In this document: positions 25,429 through 38,027 of the stretch, piece after piece | Position numbering within the stretch: position 1 is the first letter of the stretch | How the letters are laid out: every line of letters starts with the position of its first letter | Source: Octopus bimaculoides | Lineage: Eukaryota | NCBI RefSeq assembly: GCF_001194135.2 | Contig: NC_068985.1 | Location: 106,013,424 to 106,077,288, forward strand | Length of the DNA stretch: 63,865 nt | Direction of reading: 5' to 3' | Program-made: the position numbers and the translations under genes | The notes under the pieces: model-generated | Told to the model about the DNA's origin: nothing | The model's input: only the letters and a program-made list of their open reading frames with translations | The model's database searches: none

Positions 25429-26097
25429 TGGACAAGAAACAATAAATCATATTATCTCTGGCTGCCCAGTCCTGACTAAGAAGGAATATATTCACAGACA
25501 CGACAGAGCTGGGACCTATATACACTGGAAGCTATGCCAACACTATGGAATAACAACAGAAAAAAGATGGTATAAACACACGCCAGAAAAGATCACAGAA
25601 AACGAGAAAGCAACCATACTCTGGGATATGCCAATACACACAGATAGAGAAATTAAGGCAAATAGACCAGATATAGTTGTNNNNNNNNNNNNNNNNNNNN
25701 NNNNNNNNNNNNNNNNNNNNNNNNNNNNNNNNNNNNNNNNNNNNNNNNNNNNNNNNNNNNNNNNNNNNNNNNNNNNNNNNNNNNNNNNNNNNNNNNNNNN
25801 NNNNNNNNNNNNNNNNNNNNNNNNNNNNNNNNNNNNNNNNNNNNNNNNNNNNNNNNNNNNNNNNNNNNNNNNNNNNNNNNNNNNNNNNNNNNNNNNNNNN
25901 NNNNNNNNNNNNNNNNNNNNNNNNNNNNNNNNNNNNNNNNNNNNNNNNNNNNNNNNNNNNNNNNNNNNNNNNNNNNNNNNNNNNNNNNNNNNNNNNNNNN
26001 NNNNNNNNNNNNNNNNNNNNNNNNNNNNNNNNNNNNNNNNNNNNNNNNNNNNNNNNNNNNNNNNNNNNNNNNNNNNNNNNNNNNNNNNNNNNNNNNA
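25429..26097 (+). mobile_element. R4/Dong-type fragment, same subfamily as the 33 kb copy (3' part in gap)
   Basis: Encodes QETINHIISGCPVLTKKEYIHRHD...ILWDMPIHTDREIKANRPDIV (RLE PD motif). (AAT)n on both sides. Confidence 0.85.
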
Positions 26098-26123
26098 ACA
26101 ACAACAATAACAATAACAATAAC

Positions 26124-26169
<46 letters not shown>

Positions 26170-26653
26170 TAACAACGTTCTTGAATGGCACAGCAATGCA
26201 GAGTGGACTATAATTACTGTTATAATTTAATTATCTATAATCTGATACAATAATATTTCAGAATATAAAAATTCCTTCTTCAGATATTGCTAGGAATTGA
26301 TTGAGTCACTGCTATAATCAGTTTCCAACAGTTACTGAAATTTTTCCAGAAGCGTCTCTGCAGTGGTCTCACAAAGCTCCTTCCGGAATTCCTCATGAGA
26401 AGTGCACGAGGGTGGTCATGTCTCAAGCTCGTGTGTGTTGGCACATCTGCAGCACACCTTCTAAGTTATGTATTATATATGCAGTTTCTTTTTTTTTTTT
26501 CTAATACATAGCAGTGACTTGATCAACTCCTAGTGATATCTGAAGAAGGAATTTTTATATTCCAAAATATTACTATATCAGACTATGGATAATTAAATTA
26601 TAACAGTTATTATAGTCCACTCTGCATTGTTGTGTCATTCAAGACACATTATA

Positions 26654-27177
26654 CTGGGTTGTCCGGAAAGTTCGTGCCGATTTATAGTAACTTACCTTTT
26701 GACTTATTTTAGAACATGGTTGAGTTCATAAAATAGGATTTGACTACACCTTCATTTAGAGCACAGTTTAAGCTATCTTTTCGTGGAAGAATGTTTATGT
26801 TCCTATAACTTGTGTTAACTCTGTAACCCTTTAAAATGGAAGACAAGAAAGTTCATTTTCGGCACTTGATGCTTTTCTTTTTCCGTAAAGGGAAAAATGC
26901 CTCACAAGCAACCAAAGGAATATGTGCGGTTTACAGTAATGTTCCTTTATCCAAAAGAACTGTACGGAAGTGGTTCGCAAGGTTCCAAGCTGGAGATTGT
27001 AGCCTTATTGATAAAGAGCGATCAGGCAGACCATCCACTACAGATGATGACCAAATCAAGTCATTAAATGAGAATAACCCACATTGCACAAACCGAGAAT
27101 TGGCAGAAAGCCTCAACCTATCAAAATCCATCGTTCATGAGCACCTGGTAAAGCTTGGGTACACAAATCGCTACGAT
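26654..27177 (+). mobile_element. Truncated mariner transposon (left TIR + N-terminal HTH domains)
   Basis: TA then CTGGGTTGTCCGGAAAGTTCGTGCCGATTT (mariner-type TIR). ORF encodes MEDKKVHFRHLMLFFFRKGKNA...WFARFQAGD.SL.DKERSGRP...ELAESL...HEHLVKLGY and stops just before the expected WVPH motif. Confidence 0.92.
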
Positions 27178-27866
27178 GATGATGATGATGATGCACTCTG
27201 AATATGAACTTCATAGATAGTTTGAAAAATAAGTTTTTGGAATGAAACACATACACAATTGTTTTGTGGTTTAGATTTTGGCAATTGTTTGAAGGAAAAC
27301 ATGACATGTAATAATTAACTATAATACTGATGATAAAGGGCGAAATAATGTCAGATTTGTTTTTTTCAATATAAGGTGTGAATGACTCACAAGCTATTTG
27401 AAATGTAGGTTAAAGATAGTGCAATATAGAGATAACAAGAAGATAACATATACATTTTACCAATGCCATCTCACCTTAACATAAATAAATTATATTAAAA
27501 ATCACACAAAATATATATAATTAGAAATGATACATGACAGTGAGTGATGAAAGCATTCAGTTAAACTGTTTCAAAGAACTCTCATAAAACTAGAGACAAC
27601 ATTTGCATTATGTAGTTTCACGAATTTCATGTTTTAAAACAATCTAAATTATAACCTTTCATCAAAATTTCAAGTTAATTTATGTTCCAAATCTCAGCTT
27701 AATAATGATAAAGCTCATCATCATTTAACGTCTACTCTCCATGCTGGCATGGGTTAGATGGTTTGGCTGGAGCTGATAGGCCAGAGAGCTGCACCAGGTT
27801 CCAGTCTGATTTGGCATGGTTTCTACAACTGGATGTTCTCCCTAATGCCAATCACTTCATCATCAT

Positions 27867-28735
27867 CATCATCATCATCATCGTTTAACGTCCGCTTTCC
27901 ATGCTAGCATGGGTTGGACGATTTGACTGAGGACTGGTGAAACCGGATGGCAACACCAGGCTCCAGTCTGATTTGGCAGAGTTTCTACAGCTGGATGCCC
28001 TTCCTAACGCCAACCACTCAGAGAGTGTAGTGGGTGCTTTTACGTGTCACCCGCNNNNNNNNNNNNNNNNNNNNNNNNNNNNNNNNNNNNNNNNNNNNNN
28101 NNNNNNNNNNNNNNNNNNNNNNNNNNNNNNNNNNNNNNNNNNNNNNNNNNNNNNNNNNNNNNNNNNNNNNNNNNNNNNNNNNNNNNNNNNNNNNNNNNNN
28201 NNNNNNNNNNNNNNNNNNNNNNNNNNNNNNNNNNNNNNNNNNNNNNNNNNNNNNNNNNNNNNNNNNNNNNNNNNNNNNNNNNNNNNNNNNNNNNNNNNNN
28301 NNNNNNNNNNNNNNNNNNNNNNNNNNNNNNNNNNNNNNNNNNNNNNNNNNNNNNNNNNNNNNNNNNNNNNNNNNNNNNNNNNNNNNNNNNNNNNNNNNNN
28401 NNNNNNNNNNNNNNNNNNNNAGCCCAGGTCTTCCTGGGCCTACCTCTTCCACGGGTTCCCTCAACTGTTAGGGTGTGGCACTTTTTCACGCAGCTATCCT
28501 CCTCCATTCTCACCACATGTCCATACCAGCGCAATCGTCTCTCTTGCACGCCACAACTGATGCTTCTAATGTTCAGCTTTTCTCTCAAGATACTTACACT
28601 CTGACGGGTATTCACATTGACATTACACATCCAACGGAGCATACTGGCTTCATTCCTTGCGAGCTTACGTATGTCCTCAGCAGTTACAGCCCATGTTTCA
28701 CTGCCATGTAGCATGGTTGTTCGTACGCATGGAGT
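27867..28735 (-). mobile_element. 5'-truncated RTE LINE (gap inside)
   Basis: Encodes MLHGSETWAVTAEDIRKLARNEASMLRWMC...RRLRWYGHVVRM...GRGRPRKTW; 3' tail at 27883-28054. Confidence 0.9.
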
Positions 28736-30414
28736 GTAAAAGCTAATTTACAAGATTCTTCATTATTTTCAAAATTAATTGAAACAATGGCAGTATTTTT
28801 CAATAGATTTTCAATAAAGGGTTTATATAAGGAATAAGAAGATTGATATATCTGCAAGCTACTTGTAAATATTTCTGGCAAAAAATGGACAAAATTTTGG
28901 TAAAAGCTAAGAATGGAGAGGGTTAGGAAATGGCAGGACATACATCTACTTTTTAATTGTTACTATCCATCATTTTCACTCTCTCTTTCAACATGAACAG
29001 CTTTATTGTTACACAACTCATGCTGTTTTCTAGTCAACCATCTTCCAGATACCAATACCCAGCATGTAGCTATTGTTCCTTTTCCTTTACTCTCCCTTTA
29101 CTGTCCTATCATTCCATTTCTCCCATTACACTCCTTTACTCTCATCTCTCGCCCTCTTAATCCCTCATTACTCTCTCCGTTTGATCATGTGTGCTTCAAA
29201 AGAACACAGACAACAAAGTTGAGAGAACTCTTTAGTTTTCCCTTGTTCATCACCATTATATTCACACACACACCCTCACTCCTACCCTCTCGCCTGGATA
29301 CCTCATCACTTCCATCTTTATCTCTCTGCCCAACTCTAACTTGATTATCCCCCACCAAATCTTGTATAAATGCAAGGAGTCATTACCTCCTCTACAGCAA
29401 GAAGCCTGTCCTGGTCCCTTCTTTCATATTTTAATTTCTCATCACCTACCATAGAGCTGCTTTCCTCACTGCTGTAGACCCGCTCAGTCAAAAGTGTCTA
29501 AGTTTTGTGAGCTACACAGCAAGCTCATTAGTGCTAGTATCATAAAAAGCACTCAGTACACTGTGAAATGGTTGGTATTAGGAAGGGCATCAAACTGTAG
29601 AAACCATGCCAAAGCTGACACTGGAGCACAACAGTTTTTTGACTTGTCACATGCTCGTGAACTTTTCAATTCATGGCGTTATGGATGGATGGGCGGTGGT
29701 GGTAGCAGTGGTGGTGCCTCAATGGAAAAGAAAACAACAAAGAAAACCTCCAGCCAGAAAAGACAGCTAAACTGCTTGAAAATGATGATCTCACTCACGT
29801 GTGGTATTTAACTTGATGTTGTATGTGCAAATGACATTTCAAAACATACTGAAAAATAATATCTTCCAGACTGCTGGACAGAAGAAATGTACTTAAACAA
29901 AATGAATAAGTATTTCTGGCTAAATGTTAAAAAAAAAAGCCAAAGTCATGAAGTATGCAGTGAGTGTAGCCACCTTTGACTTGAACAAACACAAGGAATT
30001 CATTTGCCATGTGAGTGGTACAGTATTAATATAGAAATGAATGGTGACAGGATAAAAACAATAAGTTTAATCCTTTTGTTACCATATTTCTGTTGACATA
30101 TACTGCCTTTGTTGCTATTCAATTTTCAAATAATGGGAACTTTACTAAAATAACTTTGACATTATTAAACCTTTTGCTACCAAACTGCTTGATACTGCCC
30201 CTGGTCTTATGATACAAATTTCCTGTTTTGAAGTGATCTAAGTTAAAACCTTCCTTCTAAGTTTCATGTTAATTTATGTTACAAACACCAGCTTGATAAT
30301 CATAAGGTCAAGTTACTAAATTCTTCGTTATTTTCAAAATTAATTAAAACAAAGTCTATTGCAATAAAAATATGGTAACAAAAGGATTAAGCTGGTGGTT
30401 ACAACATAAATTAA

Positions 30415-30785
30415 TGTGGAATTTTACGAGGATAGCTGCGTGAAAAAGTGCCACACCCTAACAGTTGAGGGAACCCGTGGAAGAGGTAGGCCCAGGAAGA
30501 CCTGGGCTGAGGTGGTGAGGCAAGACCTTCGAACATTGGGCCTCACCGAGGCGATGACTTCTGACAAAGACCTTTGGAAANNNNNNNNNNGGCCTCACCG
30601 AGGCGATGACTTCTGACAAAGACCTTTGGAAATGTGCTGTGCGTGAGAAGACCCGGCAAGCCAAGTGAGACCTAAATCCAAGGCCTCTGCCAGGGGTGTA
30701 GCCAGCCTACTCATGCGTACCTTTCCTACATTGGACACTAAACTCCACTTGCGTTTAACGTCGATGGTGATGATGATGATGATGA
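30415..30785 (+). mobile_element. RTE LINE 3' fragment
   Basis: Encodes EDSCVKKCHTLTVEGTRGRGRPRKTWAEVV; (GAT)n tail. Followed by another diverged fragment to about 31135. Confidence 0.85.
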
Positions 30786-31344
30786 CAGCTGTGGAGAGAA
30801 CCTGCAGAAGAGGTAGACCCAGGAAAATATGGGATAAAGTGATGGAGTATGATCTTCAAATGTTGAGTCTCGTGGAGGTGATAACAAGCGATTGAGATCT
30901 TTGGTGATTTGCTCTGCTCGAAAAGAAACGTCAAACCAAGTCAAATTGTAGTCATGGCCAGTGCCAGTGACACATAAAATATACCCACTACACTCTTGGA
31001 GTGGTTGGTGTTAAGAAGGGCATCCAGCTGTAGAAACCAGCTCACTAGTCTCAGTTAAACCATCTAACCCATGCCAGCATGGAAAACGGACACTAAATTA
31101 TGATGATGATGATGATGATGATAATGATGATGATAATGATGGAAGGTTTTAATTTAGATCACTTTAAAACAGGAAGTTTATATCACAGAATTAGGGGCAG
31201 TGTCAGGTGGGTTGGTTAAAAACAAAAATTTTTTAGAACAAAAATAGTGAAACTCACGACTGATACCCAGAGCAAAGCCGTTTTGGGGCCCTCCATCCAT
31301 CAATTATTAAAACCAAACATAACAAGCAAAAGATAAGGGGACAC

Positions 31345-31375
<31 letters not shown>

Positions 31376-31406
31376 GACAAGGAGAGTGATAAATGTATGA
31401 TCTTAC

Positions 31407-31589
31407 CTGTTGTAAACGTAGTGTACCTGAACTGATATTACGATTACTCCGGTTCATTAATTCAATATCAAAGTCAATGACTTCACCAACGGCAAAGCGA
31501 TTCTTCTTGACACACAACTTAGCAAAAATGTTTCCATCAGACAGACAACAGCAGCTGGCATCCATGATATCTTGGACTTTAATTTCAAG
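31407..31589 (-). CDS. ARRDC: ARRDC coding exon 4 (phase 0/0)
   Basis: gacag acceptor, CAG|gtaag donor. Encodes LEIKVQDIMDASCCCLSDGNIFAKLCVKKNRFAVGEVIDFDIELMNRSNRNISSGTLRLQQ, the arrestin_C start with a Cys cluster and GE.I...i.N.S. Confidence 0.92.
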
Positions 31590-32289
31590 CTGTCAGACAA
31601 TGGAGAATAGACAGACATGAATGAAACCAACAATTGAGTAGGAGACAAACATATTTAATGCAGGGTATCAAAATACTAATCTATCCTTCATGGTAGTGCT
31701 CCAGCATGGCTGCAGTCTAATGATTGAAACAAGTAAAAGATAAAAGTTGACTAGGAATAAACATATTACATCTGCAACAAGGACTGATACTGCTCTTTGG
31801 TGAAAATGATGGTGGTATTGGTGGTGGGGAGCTCAGGTCAATCATTACTGAGAATATCTATTATCAAAAGAGTGGACATAGGCTTCTAGGTTCAATCCCA
31901 GAGCACAGCACCTGGGGCAAGTGACTTTTGCCATAATATATATGCATGTGTATATGTATGCATGCATACATGTATGCAACAATGTATATAGACATACACA
32001 GACACGTGTGTGTGGATGTATGCCAGCATGTATATGCACATACATACACGTGTGCATGTGTATATCAGCAAAGGATGTAAACATCAACATGGAAACTTAG
32101 AAAAACAGTGCTTTTCCTAATGATATTTGTTCTGCACTGAGTTACAGACACTCCCTTGTCACTTTCACTGTCACAAATGTAGTAACCCAAAGATTAGCCC
32201 AACAGGAACCTCTAACCAACAACACTATTGTTAAGCAATCGTAATATAATATATAAAAAAAAATAAAAGCATTCAAACCATGATCAACC

Positions 32290-32430
32290 ACATCGTTTCT
32301 TTAAGCATAATGTATCTAGGACTACAATATCCAATGTACCATCTCCTTTTTCAGATAGTAGGATGTGATTTGAAGGAGATTTGGCTGCACTTTCTAGCAG
32401 ATTGAGTGACCATACAGACACCTCATTGGA
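32290..32430 (-). repeat. Interspersed repeat carrying the gctagaaa(t/g)(a/g)cagccaaatctccct..aaatcaca motif
   Basis: Related segments lie at about 8560-8610, 21970-22015, 37560-37670 and 49190-49235, and inside the telomeric TIR element. Confidence 0.55.
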
Positions 32431-32761
32431 GCATGGTTGTATTGGTGAGAATGGTGGTAGTGGTGGTGGTGAAGATGATGCTATGGTGTGGATTGTGGTG
32501 GTGATGGTAGCGATGTTGTTGGTAGTGTTGCTGTTGGTGGGGGTAGTTTTAATGGTGAAGACGATTGGTAGTGACAATGATGTTGATAGTGGTGCTGATT
32601 GTAATGATGTTGGTTATACCGCTGTTGATGATGATGGGGGTGGGGTGATGGTTGTTTTGATGGTGGTAATTTTGTTGTTGACAGTGGTGATAGTAGTGAT
32701 TGTGATGATGATGATGATAAGAGTGACACTGAATGGTGACGTGATGGTACTGGGTACTTAC

Positions 32762-32979
32762 TGAGGGACCTGGTTCAGCGTTCAGATCAAGAGGCCTGAA
32801 AATCTTGATAACTTTTTCATTTTCTATGTAGGACTTCCAGAAACGTTGTATAACAGCAATCAACTTGTATTTTACTTTACCCCGATCACCAGAACAGGAT
32901 GATGGTACCATTGGGGGGATATTAAATGTGAATGGGTACCTGTATTCGCCAGAGTCCATACGGTGTAGTTCAAGTTGAT
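32762..32979 (-). CDS. ARRDC: ARRDC coding exon 3 (phase 1/0)
   Basis: ctcttttag acceptor, TCA|gtaag donor. Encodes MDSGEYRYPFTFNIPPMVPSSCSGDRGKVKYKLIAVIQRFWK...RPLDLN, with the signature G.h.ypF.F.lP..lPSSfeg..G.vrY and DLN. Confidence 0.95.
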
Positions 32980-33026
32980 CTAAAAGAGAAAACACACACA
33001 ATTATTATTATTATTATTATTATTAT

Positions 33027-33882
33027 TCAGTAGTTTTATTTTTATAACGTGCTTTCACTTCACTACCGAGCGCAGCTCTGTGCGCCTTGGGTATGTGCTG
33101 TGGTTTGCTGTGGTGCTCTTATGTTTACTGTATTGAAAGTGTTTTGCGTAGAATGTGTGCAGTACCCAGTAGTGCAATTTTCTGTATGTTATATATATTT
33201 GTAAGTCCTGGGGTTTTTGTTATGTATTTGTCTGAATATTTTTTTATTATACCTAAGGCACCTACTATGATAGGAATTGTTTCTGTTTTTAGATTCCACA
33301 TTCGAGTTATCTCTATTTCCAGGTCTTTGTATTTTGAAAGTTTTTCCATTTCTTTTAGNNNNNNNNNNNNNNNNNNNNNNNNNNNNNNNNNNNNNNNNNN
33401 NNNNNNNNNNNNNNNNNNNNNNNNNNNNNNNNNNNNNNNNNNNNNNNNNNNNNNNNNNNNNNNNNNNNNNNNNNNNNNNNNNNNNNNNNNNNCTGGCGTG
33501 TGTTTATACCATCTTTTTTCTGTTGCTATTCCATAATGTTGGCATAGCTTCCAGTGTATATAGGTCCCAGCTCTGTCGTGTCTGTGAATATATTCCTTCT
33601 TAGCCAGGACTGGGCAGCCAGAGATAATATGATTTATTGTTTCTTGTCGATCTCCACATATTCTACAGTTACTTGTTATATTTCTTTTCATTATGTGTTT
33701 TTGGTAATTTCTGGTGGGGAGGCTTTGGTCTTGTGCAGCAATTAAAAATCCTTCAGTCTCTGCTTTGAGTCCTGAGCTTCTCAGCCATTGCTGGGATTTT
33801 TCTCTGTCTATTTCTTTCGCATTTAGTTTAGCCCAGTATTTACCATGTAGGGGCTTTTCTTGCCATCGTTTTATCATGGTCC
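33027..33882 (-). mobile_element. 5'-truncated R4/Dong-type non-LTR retrotransposon (zinc knuckle + restriction-like endonuclease) within (AAT)n
   Basis: ORF encodes ...AETEGFLIAAQDQSL...CRICGDRQETINHIISGCPVLAKKEYIHRHD...KLSKYKDL...IPIIVGALG...ALLGTAHILRK. Flanked on both sides by (TTA)n. Confidence 0.88.
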
Positions 33883-34139
33883 ATTATTATTATTATTATT
33901 AGGTTAGTGAGCTAGCAGAATCGTTAGTATGCCGGGCAAAATGCTTTGCGGTATTTCGTCCATCTTTATGTTCTGAGTTCAAATTCCGCCAAGGTCGGCT
34001 TTGCCTTTCATCCATTCAGGGACAATTGAATAAGTACCAGTTATAGACTGGAGTCAATGTAATCAACTTAGTCCTTTCCCCCAAATTTGAGGCCTTGTGC
34101 TTCCAGTAGAAAGGATTATTATAATTATTATTATTATTA

Positions 34140-34191
<52 letters not shown>

Positions 34192-34194
34192 ATT

Positions 34195-34390
34195 CAGGGA
34201 GCTGCCACCTTTGTTGGTAACAAAGGACCTCTTCCCCAAAGTGAAATGCAAATTGTATGATGCCTGTGCATGAACAGCAATGCTACATGGCAGTGAGACA
34301 TGGGCTATGACTACTGAGGACATGCAAATACTTGAAAGAAACAAAGCCAGCATGCTTGGCTCAATGGGTAATGTCAGTGTGCATGTATGA
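34195..34390 (+). mobile_element. RTE ORF2 fragment
   Basis: Encodes ...AMLHGSETWAMTTEDMQILERNKASML-like peptide, homologous to the 28.7 kb copy. Confidence 0.7.
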
Positions 34391-35845
34391 GTGTCTCCCT
34401 ATTATTATCACTTATCACCTCCTCCCATTCCTATTTGCTTCACCCCCCACCTCACACCCCACCAACTGATATGCAGCCATTGACCATACCTTCACCTGTG
34501 TGCCCCATTCACTGCATCCAACTCCATCCCCATCTCTAACCACCTGTCACTCTCCTTTCACATTCTCATGAACCTACCTACACGCCCACTCTTTCTGATC
34601 TTCTAGCCCAATTCTCTATGATATTCACCTTGCTCTTTGAGGTTACTTCCACACCATGTCTTTTCTCTCTTTCCAGCAAAGAAAGCCATGTATTTCCTCT
34701 GCAGCTAGACACCTGTTTCTGTCCTTATCAACACCTGCAATAAAGCCATCTTCCTCAATACTACATCTCCCGTAGTTGAGGAGTGTTGCCTTGCAAGTTA
34801 CTTGGTGACTTCACAAATACCACAAAAAAAAAAAGGACCTCCAGCTACAGAAACTATGCTAAACCCTCTGGCTCAACAGCTCCCATCAAACCATTTCAAA
34901 TAACAGCAATAGTGATGATGATTTTATATATACATACATGTATATATATATCATCATCATCATTTAACATCCATCTTCCATGCATGCATAGGTAGGATGG
35001 TTGACAGGAGCCAGCCAGGTAGAAAACTACCCTAGGCTACTGTGTCTGTTTTGGCAGGGTTTTNNNNNNNNNNNNNNNNNNNNNNNNNNNNNNNNNNNNN
35101 NNNNNNNNNNNNNNNNNNNNNNNNNNNNNNNNNNNNNNNNNNNNNNNNNNNNNNNNNNNNNNNNNNNNNNNNNNNNNNNNNNNNNNNNNNNNNNNNNNNN
35201 NNNNNNNNNNNNNNNNNNNNNNNNNNNNNNNNNNNNNNNNNNTATATATACTCACACACACGTGTGTGTGTAGGTGTGTTTGTACATTTTGTTTTGACGT
35301 AACATAGTAGTTGTAAACAAGCATCACCATCAGACAAGAGGTGTTATTTGTTTCCAATCTTCCATGGAAACATGTTTGTTCATGGGGAAATATTACCTTG
35401 CTTGGAAACAGGTCAGGGCTGGCAACAGAAATGATATCCAGCAGTCAAAAATCTGCTTCAATGAATTTTGTCAAATCCATGTAAGCATGGGAAAATGAAC
35501 ATTAAAATATGTGCGACTGTATAGAATTGAATAACAGTTTGGGGGAGGAGAAGTGTAGGAAACAGAAGTAGGTCAGAGAGGAAGAAGAGGTATGATAAAT
35601 GATATCATTTGGGATAAATGATATCATTTGCATCACCTGAGTGAATAGTACTGCAGATATTGGAGCTCAGCATAGCTCACTGGCTTCTTGGTTCCTGTTG
35701 AATCATTCAACCCATACCAACATAGAAAGAGGGAAATTAAATGATGACGCTGACGCTGATGCTGATAATGATGTTGATAATGATAGGAGTTACTATACAA
35801 AAGGTGTGGTTGTGGATAAGAACATAATGGCTGGGTGTGACTTAC

Positions 35846-35974
35846 CAGGAGTTCCATATAAAGGAATTTTCTCATCGATATAAGTACTGGAAGATGCATA
35901 CACGATATCATCATTGTTAGAATCGGAAGATGTCCATTTAGCTTTGCCATAGCCTTTAAATGCTAATGTAATAC
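35846..35974 (-). CDS. ARRDC: ARRDC coding exon 2 (phase 1/1)
   Basis: tttgcag acceptor, G|gtaag donor. Encodes ITLAFKGYGKAKWTSSDSNNDDIVYASSSTYIDEKIPLYGTP, with the arrestin_N G.a.v.W motif. Confidence 0.9.
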
Positions 35975-36865
35975 CTGCAAAGAAATATGACACATTGTGA
36001 ATTGTTATTTAGCCTTGTGAGCTGTTCCAGCTGTGACAACTTCATCTTTTATTCAGTCATAGTATATCTAGGATTACATCATCCAATATGTTCTCCCTTG
36101 TTATTGATAGTTAGCTCTAGACACAGTATACTTAAGACTATATTTATCCAGTATGTTCTGCTTCGTTGTTTGGCTCTTGGTTAATCAAGCAAACCTACAG
36201 TCAAGCAAACTGACAATCAAGCAAACCTACAATCAAAATTGTTCCAAATATGACCATCACATCTTTTTTTCCTAGATATGATATATCAAGGATTATATTA
36301 TCACATGTATCATTCTTTGCCAGTGTTTAGACACTGGTCAGCCATAATCCAACAGACTTATGATCAAAGGTGTTATTTTATTCAAGAAAAGTGCATCTGG
36401 GACTACATTATCCAATATATTGTTAAGATTCTTATTTTTAAAAAATTAGGATGTAATTTAAGGGCCTTAGAGAATATTTCTAATGTGACCATGCACATAG
36501 TATATTGCTGGTTCACAATTCTATAACTCTTCAAAGCATTTGATCTCACACCCAACACCTTCAACTCATGAATCATATTAGGGCTGACCTGGGGGTTAAG
36601 CAACAACAGCAATATAGCATTTCTCTATTGTGGTGGGGTGAGAAAAATGTCTAACAACTCATTAACATCTTGAAAGCCATGATAAGTTCCTACACAGCTT
36701 CCTGATTATTTGCAGACTTGAACACTTAAACCTGCTTAATTCATTTAGTTAAATTCCTACACACTGACATATCCTATAAATGGGATAATTTCATATACAT
36801 AGGCTCAGGTGTGACTGTGTGGTTCAGAAGCTTGCTTCCCAACTATATGGTCTCAGGTTCAATTA

Positions 36866-37109
36866 CAGGTAAGTTCACTGCCATCAATTCACTGCAAGGA
36901 AAGCTCACCACAAGGAAAGTTCACCACATGGAAAGCTCACTGTAGGCAAAGTTCACTGCCATCAATTCACCGCAAGGTAAGTTTACCAAGAAAATATCTC
37001 CATAGTATCTCACCATTAATAGGTAAAAACTATTTTACTGAAAAAAAAAATGTTGATTTGATGATGGTGAACTTTCCCTGCGGTGAGTTGATAACAGTGA
37101 ACTTACCAG
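36866..37109. mobile_element. MITE with ~38-bp TIRs and internal 16-17 nt aaagttcacc repeats, inserted in a SINE
   Basis: Left CAGGTAAGTTCACTGCCATCAATTCACTGCAAGGAAAG versus right reverse complement CTGGTAAGTTCACTGTTATCAACTCACCGCAGGGAAAG. Confidence 0.8.
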
Positions 37110-38027
37110 ACATGCTCTGGTTCAGTTACACTGCATGGTACGTTGAGCAAGTGTCTTCTACTATAGTTATGCTTAGTGTACCTTTTTAAGTAGTTGTTAT
37201 GTCTAGCACCCACCTAATTGGCAAGAGAGGTATCACAACTAAACTAACTTAACATAGATGATAATTTATAAATTTTACTCTAAAAATGGATTTTATAAGC
37301 TTTTAACATTGTAATGATAAAAAATTAATAAAGACACAAGTTGTAAATTTACTTTGTACATTGCAAGTTAATCACTTCTCTACGCCTGATAAGATCTCAT
37401 TTTATTTTAATAACCATTACTAGTTTTATCATGTATAGTATAATTACTACTGTAGATAAAATTTAGTATGTCAACTATGATACCTCAATGCTCCTAAAGC
37501 CTAATGCCCACTTCAACATGCCCAGTAACCCCTTAGAGGCAATACCACCCACATTGAGAACCTCAGCTGTACAGGGTTGCACGATCTGTTAGAAATAACA
37601 GCCCAATTTCCCTCTAGTCACACCCTGCAATCTTAAAAAATATAGAGTATATTGGACAATGTTTCATAAATATCACTATCATTTTAACATACACTTTTCC
37701 ATTCTTGCATAGGTCAGACAGAATTCATTTCTATGGCTGGATGCTCTTTCTATTACCAACTTTCATCTGTTTCCAACCAACATTATATTTCCCCATGGCC
37801 AGACACATTTTCATGCAAGACTGGAAATGAAGGACACCATTTGCATGAGGGCAGGCTGAGAAGTTCATAGGCTGACTATGAAGGAGTGATACTAGAGCTG
37901 TGAAATTTTGCATGCATTAATTTCAATTCTTTTTACAAATAACTGCATTGTTTCTTTCCAGATAAACTGACATCTCACTGTGGCATCACAGTGTTATCAA
38001 ATACCTGCAGAAAAATGCTGTAGCCTC

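Noticed and set aside
30539-30632. 42-bp direct repeat around a 10-N gap
   Set aside because: Typical unmerged contig overlap (assembly artefact). The same applies to the (TA)n(GA)n duplication around 9077-9416.
32381-32764. Hydrophobic 127-aa ORF on +
   Set aside because: Cryptic (GGT/GAT)n low-complexity intron sequence antisense to ARRDC.
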